A stretch of DNA of 64,000 bases, taken from NCBI GenBank assembly GCA_964016885.1, contig OZ024740.1:150474001-150538000 (forward strand), read 5' to 3'. The stretch is from Eledone cirrhosa. Lineage: Eukaryota. The position numbers and the translations under genes are program-made. Positions 13,606-25,932 of this stretch are shown here, one piece after another (position 1 is the stretch's first letter; the number at the start of each line of letters is the position of its first letter). The notes beneath the pieces were generated by a model that did not search any database, was not told the origin of the DNA, and was given only the letters and a program-made list of their open reading frames with translations.

Positions 13606-13607
<2 letters not shown>
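13501..13607 (-). mobile_element. Short (TA)n-embedded tail fragment of the 5005-5335 family
   Basis: Reverse complement matches 5233-5335. Confidence 0.8.
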
Positions 13608-13676
<69 letters not shown>

Positions 13677-13834
13677 GAGGTATCCACTGTAAGTTGTGGA
13701 GTCTATTCTGCACGAAGAACTCGATGTAATCCATCTGTTGAAAATGTTGTAGGTTAAGATAAATCTCAGAAAACAATAAAACATTAAAAGGAAAACAGAG
13801 TCATGAAATAAAATTCAAGTCATTAGAGATATAC

Positions 13835-13889
<55 letters not shown>

Positions 13890-13989
13890 TGCATATGTGT
13901 GTGTATTTTGTGTACATTGTTTCTGTACACTTTTCTTCAACCCCAAGACTCACCTTTATAGCTTTTTTCTTTATTTTAAAACACTGCCT

Positions 13990-14960
13990 ATGAAGAGCCA
14001 TCATTTCGAAATTCATGTTGAATTACTTCGTGTTTCTTTAAGACGAAGATGGGATGCCAATTGTACACTTTCACCGAAAGTCCTTCGAGAATCTCCTATC
14101 TGACCGGCCGTGCACGTGGCCCATCCATGGGGAGACATCGTTGTTGGAGGACAATGAAAAGGCCGCTTGTCTGGGCGCCGACCGGAACCACATTGTTGAT
14201 ACTCGGTTAGGCCACATAATGTCCAGGAAATATCTCAGACTCTAAAGGTGAAAGAAGCTGAGAATCCTCACTTTTCTGTGCTATAGGCTTCAAGTCTTGC
14301 TGCTGTGAAGTATTGTGCTGAGGCTTCAGGTTTGATAGACTAGAGATTTGTTGTGCGTAGCTTTTTACTCTCCCAGATACACTGTGCCAGCGTAAATACT
14401 ATAGAGGTTGCTCTTCCGACCCGCTTATTGATTTCAGACACCAGAAAGAAACTAGTCGAGATATAGGCGCCAAGTTATATCTACGTGTGTACAACCCCAA
14501 ACTTGCACTTGTTGAGAGTTATGACAAGGCGTTGCTTAATGTTCTGGTCCTTCACTTTTATCTTCTTCAGACTGGTGGTCAAACTGAAATTCTGGTACGC
14601 TTTTGAGAAGTTGTTCATAAGGCGTTGTAGTTGATCCTTTGAATGCTTTGCCAGCGCCGCCTTGTCTGCAAATATGGTGTCCTTGACGAGTTCTACATAT
14701 ACCTTTGTTTCCGCTTTCAGTTAGGTAAAGCTGAGTAGCTTCCAGTTCGATCTGGTGAGAAGGTAAAGCCCACAAGTAATTATTCCAAAGGCGAACTTCC
14801 CCATGAAAATGAAGAAGATAAGAATCTAGGTGGATCGAGTTCACAGTTCCGTTTCACACCGCTGCAGATGTTAAACGTTTGCGAAGACGGGCTGTCAAAT
14901 TGAACGAAACCCTTCATGCTTGTGGAATGATTGAACTATCATGAGGATCCAAGGGGATAG
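13990..14960 (-). pseudogene. RTE-clade LINE RT C-terminal fragment, heavily decayed
   Basis: Minus-strand remnants across frames resemble RTE motifs: ..FADK.AL, SLKKTKV.G, INKRVG.A, VWE..KL, ILHSSKT(LLYGSE), RRLPWMGHV.GQ.IGDS, GIPSS(GRP.LR). Confidence 0.7.
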
Positions 14961-15317
14961 CCAATCCTGCTTCGTGGGGTCAACTGGAAGCGACATAACA
15001 TGGCTGATTTTGTTTACTGTATTTCTCTTGTAATTATAGAAAGCGTTGTTTAATGTCGATATGGAACTTTCGAAACTGAAAGAACGCCGAGATTTTGGAT
15101 ACACCCTTTCAGAAATCTCATCATTCAGACTTACTTAGAACAGTAAAATACATCTATTATAAAGAATATCGTCACTAATAGAAATAATTTCAGCGGGGAA
15201 TATATTTAAGTAAAACTATTTTTGATTAGATTTAACAAATTCATATATCCTTTTTTCTGTTCTTTTCCATTAATATGAAAAATATGCCATAAAGAATACA
15301 ATCAAGAATATTGATTT

Positions 15318-15490
15318 CTAATTTAGGCATAAGACCAGCAATTTATGGGGAGGAGAAGTCGATAATACCAAACCCAGTACTTCACTAGTACAAAGTTAAC
15401 TGCGGTGAAATTTGAAATCAGAGCATTAAGAGCCAGAACAAATAGTGCAAATCATTTTGTCTGACTTTCAAATGACTCTGAATGCCCTAA
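15318..15490 (-). mobile_element. tRNA-derived SINE copy (decayed)
   Basis: GGCATAAGACCAGCAATTT..GTCGAT..CCCAGTAC..AAAGTTAAC..ATTTGAAATCAGA matches the family at 16467 in reverse. Confidence 0.7.
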
Positions 15491-16466
15491 TATTTCAAAA
15501 CTATGAATTCTAAAGTGATTTTGACCCATAAAATATAAAACAGTATTTATTAAAGCACCATCGAAATTTAAAATATTTTAAAGTCTTTGTATCTTGATTA
15601 ATGTTCTTAGGCTGGCTTGGACTAATATCTTGTCCAATCACACAATCTCATCATCCATCCGACCACTCTGTTTCGTTCTCAATTTTACTTTCTCCCTATT
15701 TCACTCATTGATTTTGTTTTCGTTATTTCACCTTTTATACGTTTTTCATATAAACATTACATCGTCATGTACTGTACTCGATCTTTATGAAACCGTTGTG
15801 GTTAATAGAAATCATCACCATCATCATTGTCACTATTGAACAAAGAACTAATCTATTTTCTCTTAAGCAATGATATATTGAAACTAGAATTTCTTAACTG
15901 TTCTATGTCATAAGCTATCCACAGCTTATGAAGAATTATGAATGGCATGGGGTTAAACATCATCTATAACCAAGAACAACAATATTCGATTTTATTTACC
16001 TGCTTTCATTGATTCTAGACATATGTGACATATTGTAAATTCTTCCTATAGAATTTCTGAAGACTCTCTATGTAGATATAAGCAGCTTTGGACGATTGTC
16101 ATCCCTATTGCTCACCCTCTCTCAATATTTCTCGTCATCTCTATTCATATCTATGTATCTATATACATACGTCCATACATATATATGAATGTTTAAAACG
16201 AAAATTTAAACTCCGATAGAGGCTCAATGAGATGGAGATTGTGAGACTTTAATCTGACATATTTCCCGCTAAAGCGTAGTCCTTCAAATTAATACAAACA
16301 TTCTACTTCCGATTTGGTTAACCGCCATCACAGTCATGACGTTCACCTACTCATGAAAATGTCACTTTTAATTTTCTGAAAAGGTTCTCCAAGAAACCAT
16401 GCTTTGTATTTGAGCAATAGAAGAAAATAATTCAACTTGGAATCAAATATTATATTTGTACAGATG

Positions 16467-16648
16467 GCGGTGGATTGGCAGTATCGGTAGAGGGTCGAAC
16501 GCCATGCTTTCAAGCATAGTTACGTCCCTTTACGATCTGAGTGCAAATCCTGCCGAGGTTGACTTTGCCTTTCATCCTTACGGGGTCGATAAAATAAAGT
16601 ACCAGTAATGCACTGGGTATTGCTGGCCTTGTGCCTAAAGTAGAAACA
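16467..16648 (+). mobile_element. tRNA-derived SINE with 18 bp target-site duplication
   Basis: A-box-like TGGCAGTATCGG, B-box-like GTGCAAATCC, central GCCTTTCATCCTTACGGGGTCGATAAAATAAAGTACCAG. TSD ATTATATTTGTACAGATG at 16449-16466 and 16649-16666. Confidence 0.9.
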
Positions 16649-16663
16649 ATTATATTTGTACAG

Positions 16664-16719
16664 ATGACAGAGTTGAAGAAAACACAGTTCTTGTTGGTGC
16701 TGTTACTGTTTCAATTCAG
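16664..16719 (+). CDS. Candidate host exon (possible signal-peptide exon MTELKKTQFLLVLLLFQF)
   Basis: Preceded by TTTGTACAG and followed by AG|GTAATG; basic N-region plus hydrophobic core. No homology support. Confidence 0.25.
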
Positions 16720-17653
16720 GTAATGGACTGCGACACTGAATTAACTAAACGAAGGCATTTGATTGTTGTTTATAACCGAAAGATCACCATTATGTCCCAT
16801 GTTTCAATATTTACAAAATCATATCAAAATCTCGGTGAAGAATATTTCGCTTTGAACCTTCTTGAATCAATAAACTGGTTGAGCAAAGTACTCAGACTTG
16901 CCGGTGCTATTTCACATGGCCACAGGTTCTGATGATACGAAAAAAATTTTAAATTATCTGTATTGTCCTATAGAATGTCTTGTGGTACTTGTTCTGCCTC
17001 ACTGGACTCTAAGTTCAAATCCCTGCAGGGGTCAACTTTGTCCTTCATACAAATAAATTACTAACAAAGTACCAATGTTAATTTCTAATTCCCCATCTCT
17101 TCCTCTCCGTCGTGGTAATGGAAGCCTAGATCCACCCACAGAGTCTCTTTGTAGAAATGAAAAAAATGTTGAACAATATGCTTGTATTCTCTTCTCGACG
17201 AAAAAAAAAAAAAATGATTTGTTACGGAAACCGTTCAAAGATAACCAGATGTGCTGTTCAGTACGAAACGGTTTCAATAAATGATAATGCATTTATTGCG
17301 TTAATAATAATTATTGTTGCTAATAAACAATATTATTTATTATCTTTTAGGCTTATTGTATGTTATGAAGACTAAATATGTTTAAAAAACTGGACTACGA
17401 AGAAATCTGTGGAGAGTGAGAGAGAAAGAAAGAATATTTTAATAAGATTCTAGTAATACGTTCTTTATTTGAATGTAGCCACACCGGGGCACTGTATTCA
17501 AAGAGTTTCAGTCGTACCTACTGCTTTCAAGTCTGTTACTTATTTTATCGATATTCTTTTGTTAAACTGCTAAGTTACTACACATAAACAAACAGTAAAC
17601 GTAAACACAGATACATACCCATATACATAGATACATGCGTTCATACGTGTGTG

Positions 17654-17746
<93 letters not shown>

Positions 17747-17846
17747 GTGAAGGGCTTCCGCATAGTTTTCGTCTGCAGTATTTCACTCACTATAGTATGA
17801 ATCACTTGTCGCCGAAATACAGCTACATTTTTAGTTAGAATCATAT

Positions 17847-17894
<48 letters not shown>

Positions 17895-18311
17895 GGAGAA
17901 TATGGGAAAGAGAAAGACAAGCGGGTGAAAGAGAGAAAGAGAGAGGGGAACGTGCAAAAAGAGAAATATTTAAAGAAAGGAAATCGAATGTTAATAAAAT
18001 TTGAGATGTAATGTATTTATCATACAGATGTCATACAGATGCTGAAGTATGGTCTATGGAAACATATCCAATCAAATGGAACTGGCACAGGGATAGAAGA
18101 GAACCACACACATACATTCACACATACGAACACACTCATACATATGCATATAAAATGTGCAGCCGTCACTCGCAAAAGAGTACGACTTGGTATCACTAAG
18201 AGCTTTAAATGCCCATGCAGTCGGGCGCAGACAAGGACACTCTATTGACCTTTCTTCTTGATCTAGAGTAACATCAAATTTATGACAGCTGGAAGACAGG
18301 AAAGCTACTCC

Positions 18312-18435
18312 AGCACTGGGCTGGTACTTTCTTTCTAGACCCCATAGGATGAAAGGCAAAGTAGACACCATCGGGTTTTGAACTCAGAACGCAGACACGG
18401 AACAAATATCCAACGCTGTAATGACCGTTTACGCG
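18312..18435 (-). mobile_element. SINE fragment (same family as 16467)
   Basis: GGTACTTT..GACCCCATAGGATGAAAGGCAAAGT..TTTGAACTCAGAACG. Confidence 0.75.
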
Positions 18436-18547
18436 CCAACACACACACACAGGCGGACACACCCACATACACACACACACGCACGCACACACGCCCCCCC
18501 CCCCCCCCATATATATATATATATATATATGTATACGCGTGAAACTG

Positions 18548-18820
18548 CATGGTTTAGTAGTTAGGGTGTCCGGCTTACGATTGTAACGTCATGCGATTGA
18601 TTCTCAGATAAGATGGCGCATTGTGTCCTTCAGGAAGATACTATATTTCACGTTACTTCAGTCAACTCAGCTGGCAACTATAAGTTATACCTGTAGTTCA
18701 ATGGGCCAGCTTTGTCACGTTAAATCTCCATGAGGACCATATGGAATGCCTAGCTACTTACACGTTAATTTCTTGCCCATGCACTTCCGTTGATTGAATC
18801 ACCATCAGGGCGTGGAGAGT
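18548..18820 (+). mobile_element. Second tRNA-headed SINE family, decayed (reverse copy at ~24170-24345)
   Basis: GCATGGTTTAGTAGTTAGGGTG A-box head, followed by TTGTGTCCTT..CTATATTTCACGTT body. Confidence 0.6.
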
Positions 18821-19433
18821 TGTTGGCTTGTTCGAATTATTTCTCTAATTGCTTCGCATTTCTTTTTTGGGTCGGCATTGTATTAGGGTTCGTACAGGAA
18901 TTTGAAACTTGACGTTTAGACTTGCACGTCATAGATATGTATTTATGGCGTGTCTATACTTACCAATTTACTGCGGTTTGTGTAAAAATGTAAGTGTTGT
19001 ATTCTACTTTTCTTGCCATATCATGTCTTATGGGCAGCAAATATGCGATAGACAGTTATAAATTCTGTATATTCGTGTATGCGTGCGTTTATTTACGTAT
19101 GTATATTGTTATAGTTCATCAACATATTTTTCATACACAGAGCCTTGTTAGCAAAGCATTATAAAAATGCTTTCCCAGGGACTACCCCAAGGCAGTGAGG
19201 TTGGCTCAGTTCTCAGCATTATATAACAATATAACAACCGCATCTATGTATTCTTAGGAATTCTGTATTATACGGTTATATCGTCTGTTAGCATTTTCCT
19301 ATACCTCTTTCTATTGCGACTGTGGCGTCGGGTGTCATTGCATAATATTAAAAACTACAAGTGCAACTGAATAGAAACCTCATCTACCTGACCTGAAAGC
19401 GTACTGCCCCTCTTCCACCTCACACTTCCACCT

Positions 19434-19495
19434 CCTTCTTCTTCTTCTTCTTCTTCTTCTTCTTCTTCTTCTTCTTCTTCTTCTTCTTCTTCTTC
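19434..19495. repeat. (CTT)n microsatellite
   Basis: Direct. Confidence 0.95.
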
Positions 19496-20004
19496 TCCCC
19501 TCCTCCCCTCCTCCCCCTTCTCCCCCCTCCTCCTTCTTCTTCTTCTGCTAATCCTTCCCCTTCCTGCCCCACATGCACCCACTAGCTATTAATAAAAATC
19601 AAACATTAGTTCCAACACAACTCACTAATAGACGTGTGTATATACGAGAGAGTATAAAGCAAACACGGAGTGTTAAACAATATTAGAATAACGAACGTGA
19701 AGACACAGACAAGACGCCAGTGAATAGTTTGAAACTAACAACATTGTATATTCTCGACAAGTAAACATACCAAAACTTCATTTTTTTTTCATATATACCA
19801 AATATATCACATTGAATATTGACAAGCGATAATTCTATTTTAGTTGATAATTCTATTTTTGCCATTTCGAATTTGTCATGTCTTCGTGGTATTTTCGTCA
19901 GATTTGATCAAATTCACGAATGATTATTATTTCATAAAGTATCGGCTGCATTATAGAACAGACGCCAACGAGTTTATACATGGCAGTTGCCAGTGTATAC
20001 GTAC

Positions 20005-20085
<81 letters not shown>

Positions 20086-20109
20086 CATATATATATATAG
20101 ATATATATA

Positions 20110-20193
20110 TTTGCTCTACGGTTCTTAATATTCTGATATATATTTATCCTTATCGAACCCTCTTTGGATTTTAGTCTTCAAATTTATTATTAT

Positions 20194-20196
<3 letters not shown>
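20110..20196 (+). mobile_element. Recurrent (TA)n-abutting tail family (also 20393-20436, 22167-22252, 32243-32328, reverse at 34235-34283)
   Basis: Shared TTGCTCTACGGTTCTT..TATTTATCCTTATCGAGCCCTCT..GATTTTAGTCTTCAAATTTATTATTATTAC, usually followed by (TA)n. Confidence 0.75.
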
Positions 20197-20253
<57 letters not shown>

Positions 20254-20260
20254 GCACACA

Positions 20261-20302
<42 letters not shown>

Positions 20303-20437
20303 TGCGTGCGTGTGGTGTACTTGTGTCTATGTCTGTATGAATACACAAACAGACACACCAAGGTAGGATATATATATATACATACACACAACCTTTATCG
20401 AGTTCTCTCTGGATTTTGGTCTTAGTATTTATTACTA

Positions 20438-20572
20438 TTGGCAGTATCGGTAGAGGGTCGGATGCCATGCTTTGCAGCATAGAGTTACGTCCCTTTACGA
20501 TCTGAGTTCAAATCCCGCCGAGGTTAACTTTGCCTTTCATCCTTACGGGGTCGATAAAATAAAGAACCAGTA
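20438..20572 (+). mobile_element. SINE copy, 3' truncated
   Basis: Near-identical to 16476-16607; B-box GTTCAAATCC. Confidence 0.9.
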
Positions 20573-20924
20573 GACACAATTATTAATTATTTGTACTTTT
20601 ATATGATATAATTTTACCTTAATTACTTTGGCTATTTATAAAGTAACTGATAAATGACATTTCTCTCCCTTGGTCAACAAAAAAACAAAATTCCATAAAA
20701 AAACTTTAAAAATTAGCCTACAGACAGATTTCAAGCTAGATTTAACTACCTTGTTTAAAATATGAATATGTCCACTGTTTTTAGGAAAGAATCGTTTGTG
20801 GAAAGTACTTCTATTTTCATATATCTGTCCACGACCCCGAGGAAGGGCCAATTTATAAGTGCATCCTCCAATATACAGTGGTGGCCATTACTGGACCCTG
20901 AAACCAATGGTCGCACATGTTAAT

Positions 20925-20960
<36 letters not shown>

Positions 20961-21107
20961 GCATGCACATATATATATAAGACTCTTTTCCTATTATATC
21001 AAGCGTTAAACTAATATATTTCTTCATTGTACTGTATCCTTTCCTTTGTTTTTTCTGTTTACTTATATATATACAGACACACACACATATATATATGTAT
21101 GTATATT

Positions 21108-21146
<39 letters not shown>

Positions 21147-21203
21147 ATATATGTGCATATGTGTATATGTGCATATATATATATATATATATATATGTGT
21201 ATA

Positions 21204-21268
<65 letters not shown>

Positions 21269-21271
21269 ATG

Positions 21272-21735
21272 TCGGGTCACTCTTGAGTGCTACTGGTAAC
21301 ATGTAACCCAGTACAACCTGTCACACGGTCGGATCGTCGGCGACTAAACCGGCTACCCCACTAAGTTTACTTGGTGAGGAGGGTGATTTTGGACACCCTG
21401 CAAGACAAAAAACAAAACCTGACAAAGGGCGGAAGAACTCATAAGAGTCAACGGCCATCCAAAAGTGTGTAAATATGTATATACACATCTACCGCGCGGT
21501 TAAACCACTGGGAGTGAAGGACCCCTAGCCTTTGTCAGGGCATTCTTCTAGGAGAAGGCAACTCAGGAAACTGGGATAACTCCGATATAAAACGTGCGGC
21601 TCAGTAGTTACCGATGATGTTGATTTTTTCTTCTTTTCGGGTTATTGCTACTGTCGTTCAGAGAGTGGGATTGGCTCAGTGCACAATCTTTCCTCACTTT
21701 AAAAAATATCTTCACGCACAGGCATTGCACGATAG
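21272..21735 (+). mobile_element. LINE 5'UTR-derived repeat (related pieces at 22500-22660 and 25933-26060)
   Basis: Shared GTCG..TCGTC.GCGACTAAAC.GG..AC.CCAC.AA..TT.CTTGG.G.GGAGGGTGA..TTTGGA..AAAACAAAACC..AA.GGCGGA.GAAC with 25933, and TTC..AGGAGAAGG..GTTCAGAGAGTGGGATTGG with 22500. Confidence 0.6.
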
Positions 21736-21921
21736 CATTAATTAATAATTATTAATAATGGTATATCATGCAATGGTCATACTCGATAACGAGGGGGCAG
21801 CCATCATATATATATATATATATATTGTATATATATGCATGTAATGAGACAAAAAAAAAACAAAAAAAAACGATGGAGCATAGAATAAAAATAAAAGATT
21901 AATGCTCAAATGGGAAAGCCT

Positions 21922-21958
21922 GCATATAACTGTTCGAGCTACGCTCTTCATCAGATGA
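21922..21958 (-). ncRNA. Degenerate minimal hammerhead
   Basis: Minus strand reads CAT-CTGATGA-a-GAGC gta GCTC-GAA(A missing)-CAGTTAT-ATG. Confidence 0.45.
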
Positions 21959-22249
21959 GAAGAATGAAGTAAGAAAAAGGTCGGAAAAAAATGAAACAAA
22001 ATTGATAGTAAGGTGAGATCTGACAACAAAATGTGTACATGGCTGTAAAGAGTGTGTGTATATATATATATATATTTATTAACATATCAGGTTAAAGTTT
22101 AAGCAAAGAATCTCTGCTTTCACCCTTAACGGGATCTTCTGAAACTAACAAAGTCAATCTGTGAATTTGCTCTACGGTTCTTTTATATTTGATATATATT
22201 TATCCTTATCGAGCCCTCTTTGTATTTTAGTCTTCAAATTTATTATTAT

Positions 22250-22370
<121 letters not shown>

Positions 22371-22862
22371 GTGTGTGTGTGTATGAAAATATGTATGTTT
22401 GTATGTTTTTATGTAAGTATGTATGAATGCGCGGGAACATGGAGACATTCGGTTTGGTGTCCGAGCGCACGGCAAACTCACCGGGAGTGAGAGTTCACCT
22501 AGTTCTTATTAGGAGAAGGAAAAGTCTGATGTAAAACCTGTGACTCGATGGCAGTGAATGGTGTTGACCCGTTCTTCTTTATCTGTCAGCGTTGTTCAGA
22601 GAGTGGGATTGGTCCACTGAAAGTCATTTCTACATATAATAAAGCTTCAAGCACAGACATCGCTTCATCTAAACGACTTTCATGTTTGTTGCATGGACAC
22701 CACTTTTTCTTTTTTCTTTCGCTACAGTAAATGCAGAAAGGAATCTAAGTCCTTGGAAGGCTAAAAAGTCATGTTAGTGTCACCTATATATGAAAAAAAA
22801 AGGTCACGGTATGGCATCCTCGAAACTGTGATGCAGCCATTAAAAATGAAATTACAGGTATG

Positions 22863-22914
<52 letters not shown>

Positions 22915-23395
22915 TTCTTATATATATATATATATAAGATATATATAATTTTCTAATAATTTATTTTTCAATTTATCATTTTGCAATTTAATATTTTTAA
23001 TTTAATTTAATTTCATCCTATAACTCGTAACATAAGTTTAACGTTCCAATCTTCGGTTCACACATTAGACCATACAGACACCCATTATAGATTCTTTGGA
23101 GTAGCATTTTTTTTCGCGGCATTTTCTAGCATGAATGTAGTGTGACCCTCACGCTGACTTCTTTCTCCCTTTTTTCTTCTTTCTTCCTTTCTTTCTTCCC
23201 CTTTTTCTTTGACGGAGAGGTGGTAGTGCATTATAAGCCTTCGCCCCCTCACCGGATGGTCATAGTAGATTCAGTTGCCACCACTTTGAGGGCGACTGGC
23301 CGAAATAAAGGCAGCTAGTTGGCCAGTCGTCCTCTTTGTCTCTGTCTCTGATTTTTCGGACCCATGGTTTTTTACATATTCCTTTGTTATATTCC

Positions 23396-23452
23396 AATAC
23401 CTGATGATATCACCGGATTCATATGGAACCCGGTCATTGAAATGATCATATT
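23396..23452 (+). ncRNA. Hammerhead ribozyme, slightly decayed (architecture resembles the 11033-11107 motif)
   Basis: AATAC-CTGATGA-TATC ACCGG..CCGGT CATT-GAAA-TGA-TC-ATATT, followed by AATAAA and a tail into (TA)n. Confidence 0.6.
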
Positions 23453-23567
23453 ATAATAAACCTTTCAAGGATTTACACCAGTCCAGCCTCCTGTTATTTT
23501 ATTTTATTTATATATATATATATATATGTATGTATATATATAATATTAAATTAAATTGTTTAGAACT

Positions 23568-23710
23568 AAAAGAATGACTTCACTTGTAGTTCTCAACAAT
23601 TTATTTAATTTTGTAATATTATGATTTTACAATTTGGTTTTAAATTGTAAAATCATAAAATTATTAAATTAAATTTAATTGTTTAGAACTACAAGTGAAG
23701 TCATTCTTTT
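23568..23710. repeat. AT-rich fold-back hairpin (~65 bp arms)
   Basis: AAAGAATGACTTCACTTGTAGTTCT... / ...AGAACTACAAGTGAAGTCATTCTTT. Confidence 0.8.
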
Positions 23711-23770
23711 CCTTTTTATAAATATACCTAACTGTACCAAGGATTTCAAACATTTTCCTATATATTTATA

Positions 23771-23860
23771 CAGTAAAACCTCGGTTCAAGACGTTAATTC
23801 GTCCCCGAGGGCCGTTCTTCACCTGAAATATTCGTAAACTGAAACTATTTTTCCAATACG
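23771..23860 (+). mobile_element. Tigger/pogo-like DNA transposon end fragment
   Basis: TA|CAGTAAAACCTCG start with internal TTCG repeats; the other end is not seen. Confidence 0.45.
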
Positions 23861-23875
23861 AAATCTTTGGATTCT

Positions 23876-24078
23876 TATATAGGCACAAGGCCAGCAATTT
23901 TGAGGGAAGGGAAAGTCGATTAAATTGACCCCAGCGCGTGACTGGTACTTTATTTTACCGACCCCGTAAGGATGAAAAGCAAAGTTCATCTTGGCTGGAT
24001 TTGGACTCAGATCATAAAGGACCGTAACTCTATGCTACAAAGCATGGTGTCCGACTCTCTACCGCAACTGCCAATCCA
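23876..24078 (-). mobile_element. Near full-length SINE copy
   Basis: Reverse complement of the 16467 family, with an additional segment that is deleted in the 16467 copy. Confidence 0.9.
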
Positions 24079-25246
24079 TATAATATTGAAGGCAGAATAT
24101 AATCCTGGTCGCAGATGAAAGAAAAATGCCACTGTGCGAATGTTTGTCCCTGTTATTGTTTAGGCGTACGTCAAAGGTCATTGAGAAGATTGTCGACAAA
24201 AATGCACGACGAACCCTAGCCCTTTGAATTGCAGGTACAACTCCTCAGTTTAGTGGACGAGCGTAGCGTGAAAGATTGCCTTGCTGAAGTTCACAAATTC
24301 CCGCCGCGAATCATACGCACAGACGACTAAACCACGTAACTTCACTATTGTGAAATGGTATATCTAAGGAAGTCGGGTGTGATTTGAGGATATTTAGCTG
24401 CTATTTCTAGTATGACGAGCAGCTATGTAGAGGCTTCCTCGTGGTGGAGAGAACAAAGCACGTGAATGGGAGTGAATCTGTAATTGTGTAAGAATGTGTG
24501 TGTGTGTGTATACACACATACTCATAAATAAACACACAAATACACACTCATTGTATTTACCCGTGCGAACAAATTACATTTTAAAGTAGGCACATCTGCG
24601 TGCGCGCGTCAATATGCGAGTATGTTCTCGTGTACATACGGTTACGTGTGCGAACAGTCCATATTTCAAAAGGAAGATGACACCAAGTACTTTAGGATCA
24701 CGTGACGACCTAATGCTGGTCACGTCGTTAAGCTGTTTGTTATGGTCATACCGAATAAGAAGGAGAGAGAGAGGGGGAGATAGAGAGGAGGAGAGAGAGA
24801 AAGAGAGAAGAGCAGAGTGAAATAGGGCTAATGAGAGAGAAAGATATAAGGAGTAGATTAAAGAAAGAAAGCGAGAGAGAGGGGGATGAAGAGATAGAGA
24901 CGAAGTTAAAGGAACGAGAGAGATAGAAGGTGTAAAGAAAGTCGAATGGAGAATGAGGAACAAAAGGCGAAGTGAGAGAGATATAATGATAGATAAATAG
25001 ATAGAGAGAGATAGAGAGATAGAGAGAGAGCGAGAGAGGGAGAGAGACAGGTAGACAAATAGAACATTACACTGATAGACGAACAAAGACATATACACAT
25101 ACAGGCAAGTAGACAGATACCGAGAGAGGCAGACGAGATTGTGAATGCGATGTAAGAACGAAAGGGTTGAAGTGACAATTGCATAACAATGCCAAAGAAA
25201 ATTGAGTGTTAACCGCCATGTTAAGTACAACGCACCTGAGTCATAG

Positions 25247-25304
<58 letters not shown>

Positions 25305-25520
25305 ACACACACACACATGCATACTTACATTATATGTGTTGGGTGGGGGCTAGCAATTAATACAACAACATAATTACGGGGCAGCGTTTGATGGAAATAA
25401 GCATTGTATTACCTAGCCACTTTGTCCTGTGACCGACTCAGACAAATAAAACGTCTAAACACGTGACAATATGGATGACAAATTAATACGTGTAGTATCA
25501 CCCTCTTCCCCTCTATCAAG

Positions 25521-25571
<51 letters not shown>

Positions 25572-25932
25572 CTCTTTCTTTCTCTCTTTGTCTTTTCTCA
25601 TGCCGTCAAACATCTGACGTGTGATTTACGAAGTGCACTCTTTACCTTCTCTTTAGCGCTTTTCTTTTCGTTGTAGATATTGTCATTGTTGTTGTCGTGT
25701 CTATTCTTGTCTTCTTGGCTGTTATGATTGTTTTTGTCGTAGATTTCAATGTCATTTTATTGTTACCACGACTGCCACTGTCGTTGTCATTGTCATCACC
25801 GTTCTTGCTGTTGTTTATAATGTGTAAACCCAGGGCCAAATACTTCAGTCCACCGCCCCAACTTACTAGCCCTTTACAAAGCTCAAGTGAAACCCGCAAT
25901 GAAATACTGATCCCATGACCGCATAAAAAAGG

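Noticed and set aside
13700-13760. HHR-like layouts here and at 29330-29355 and 32195-32225
   Set aside because: Core or GAAA segment is too damaged to call.
16467-16560. tRNA genes
   Set aside because: The A/B-box-like motifs belong to SINE heads; no cloverleaf could be folded.
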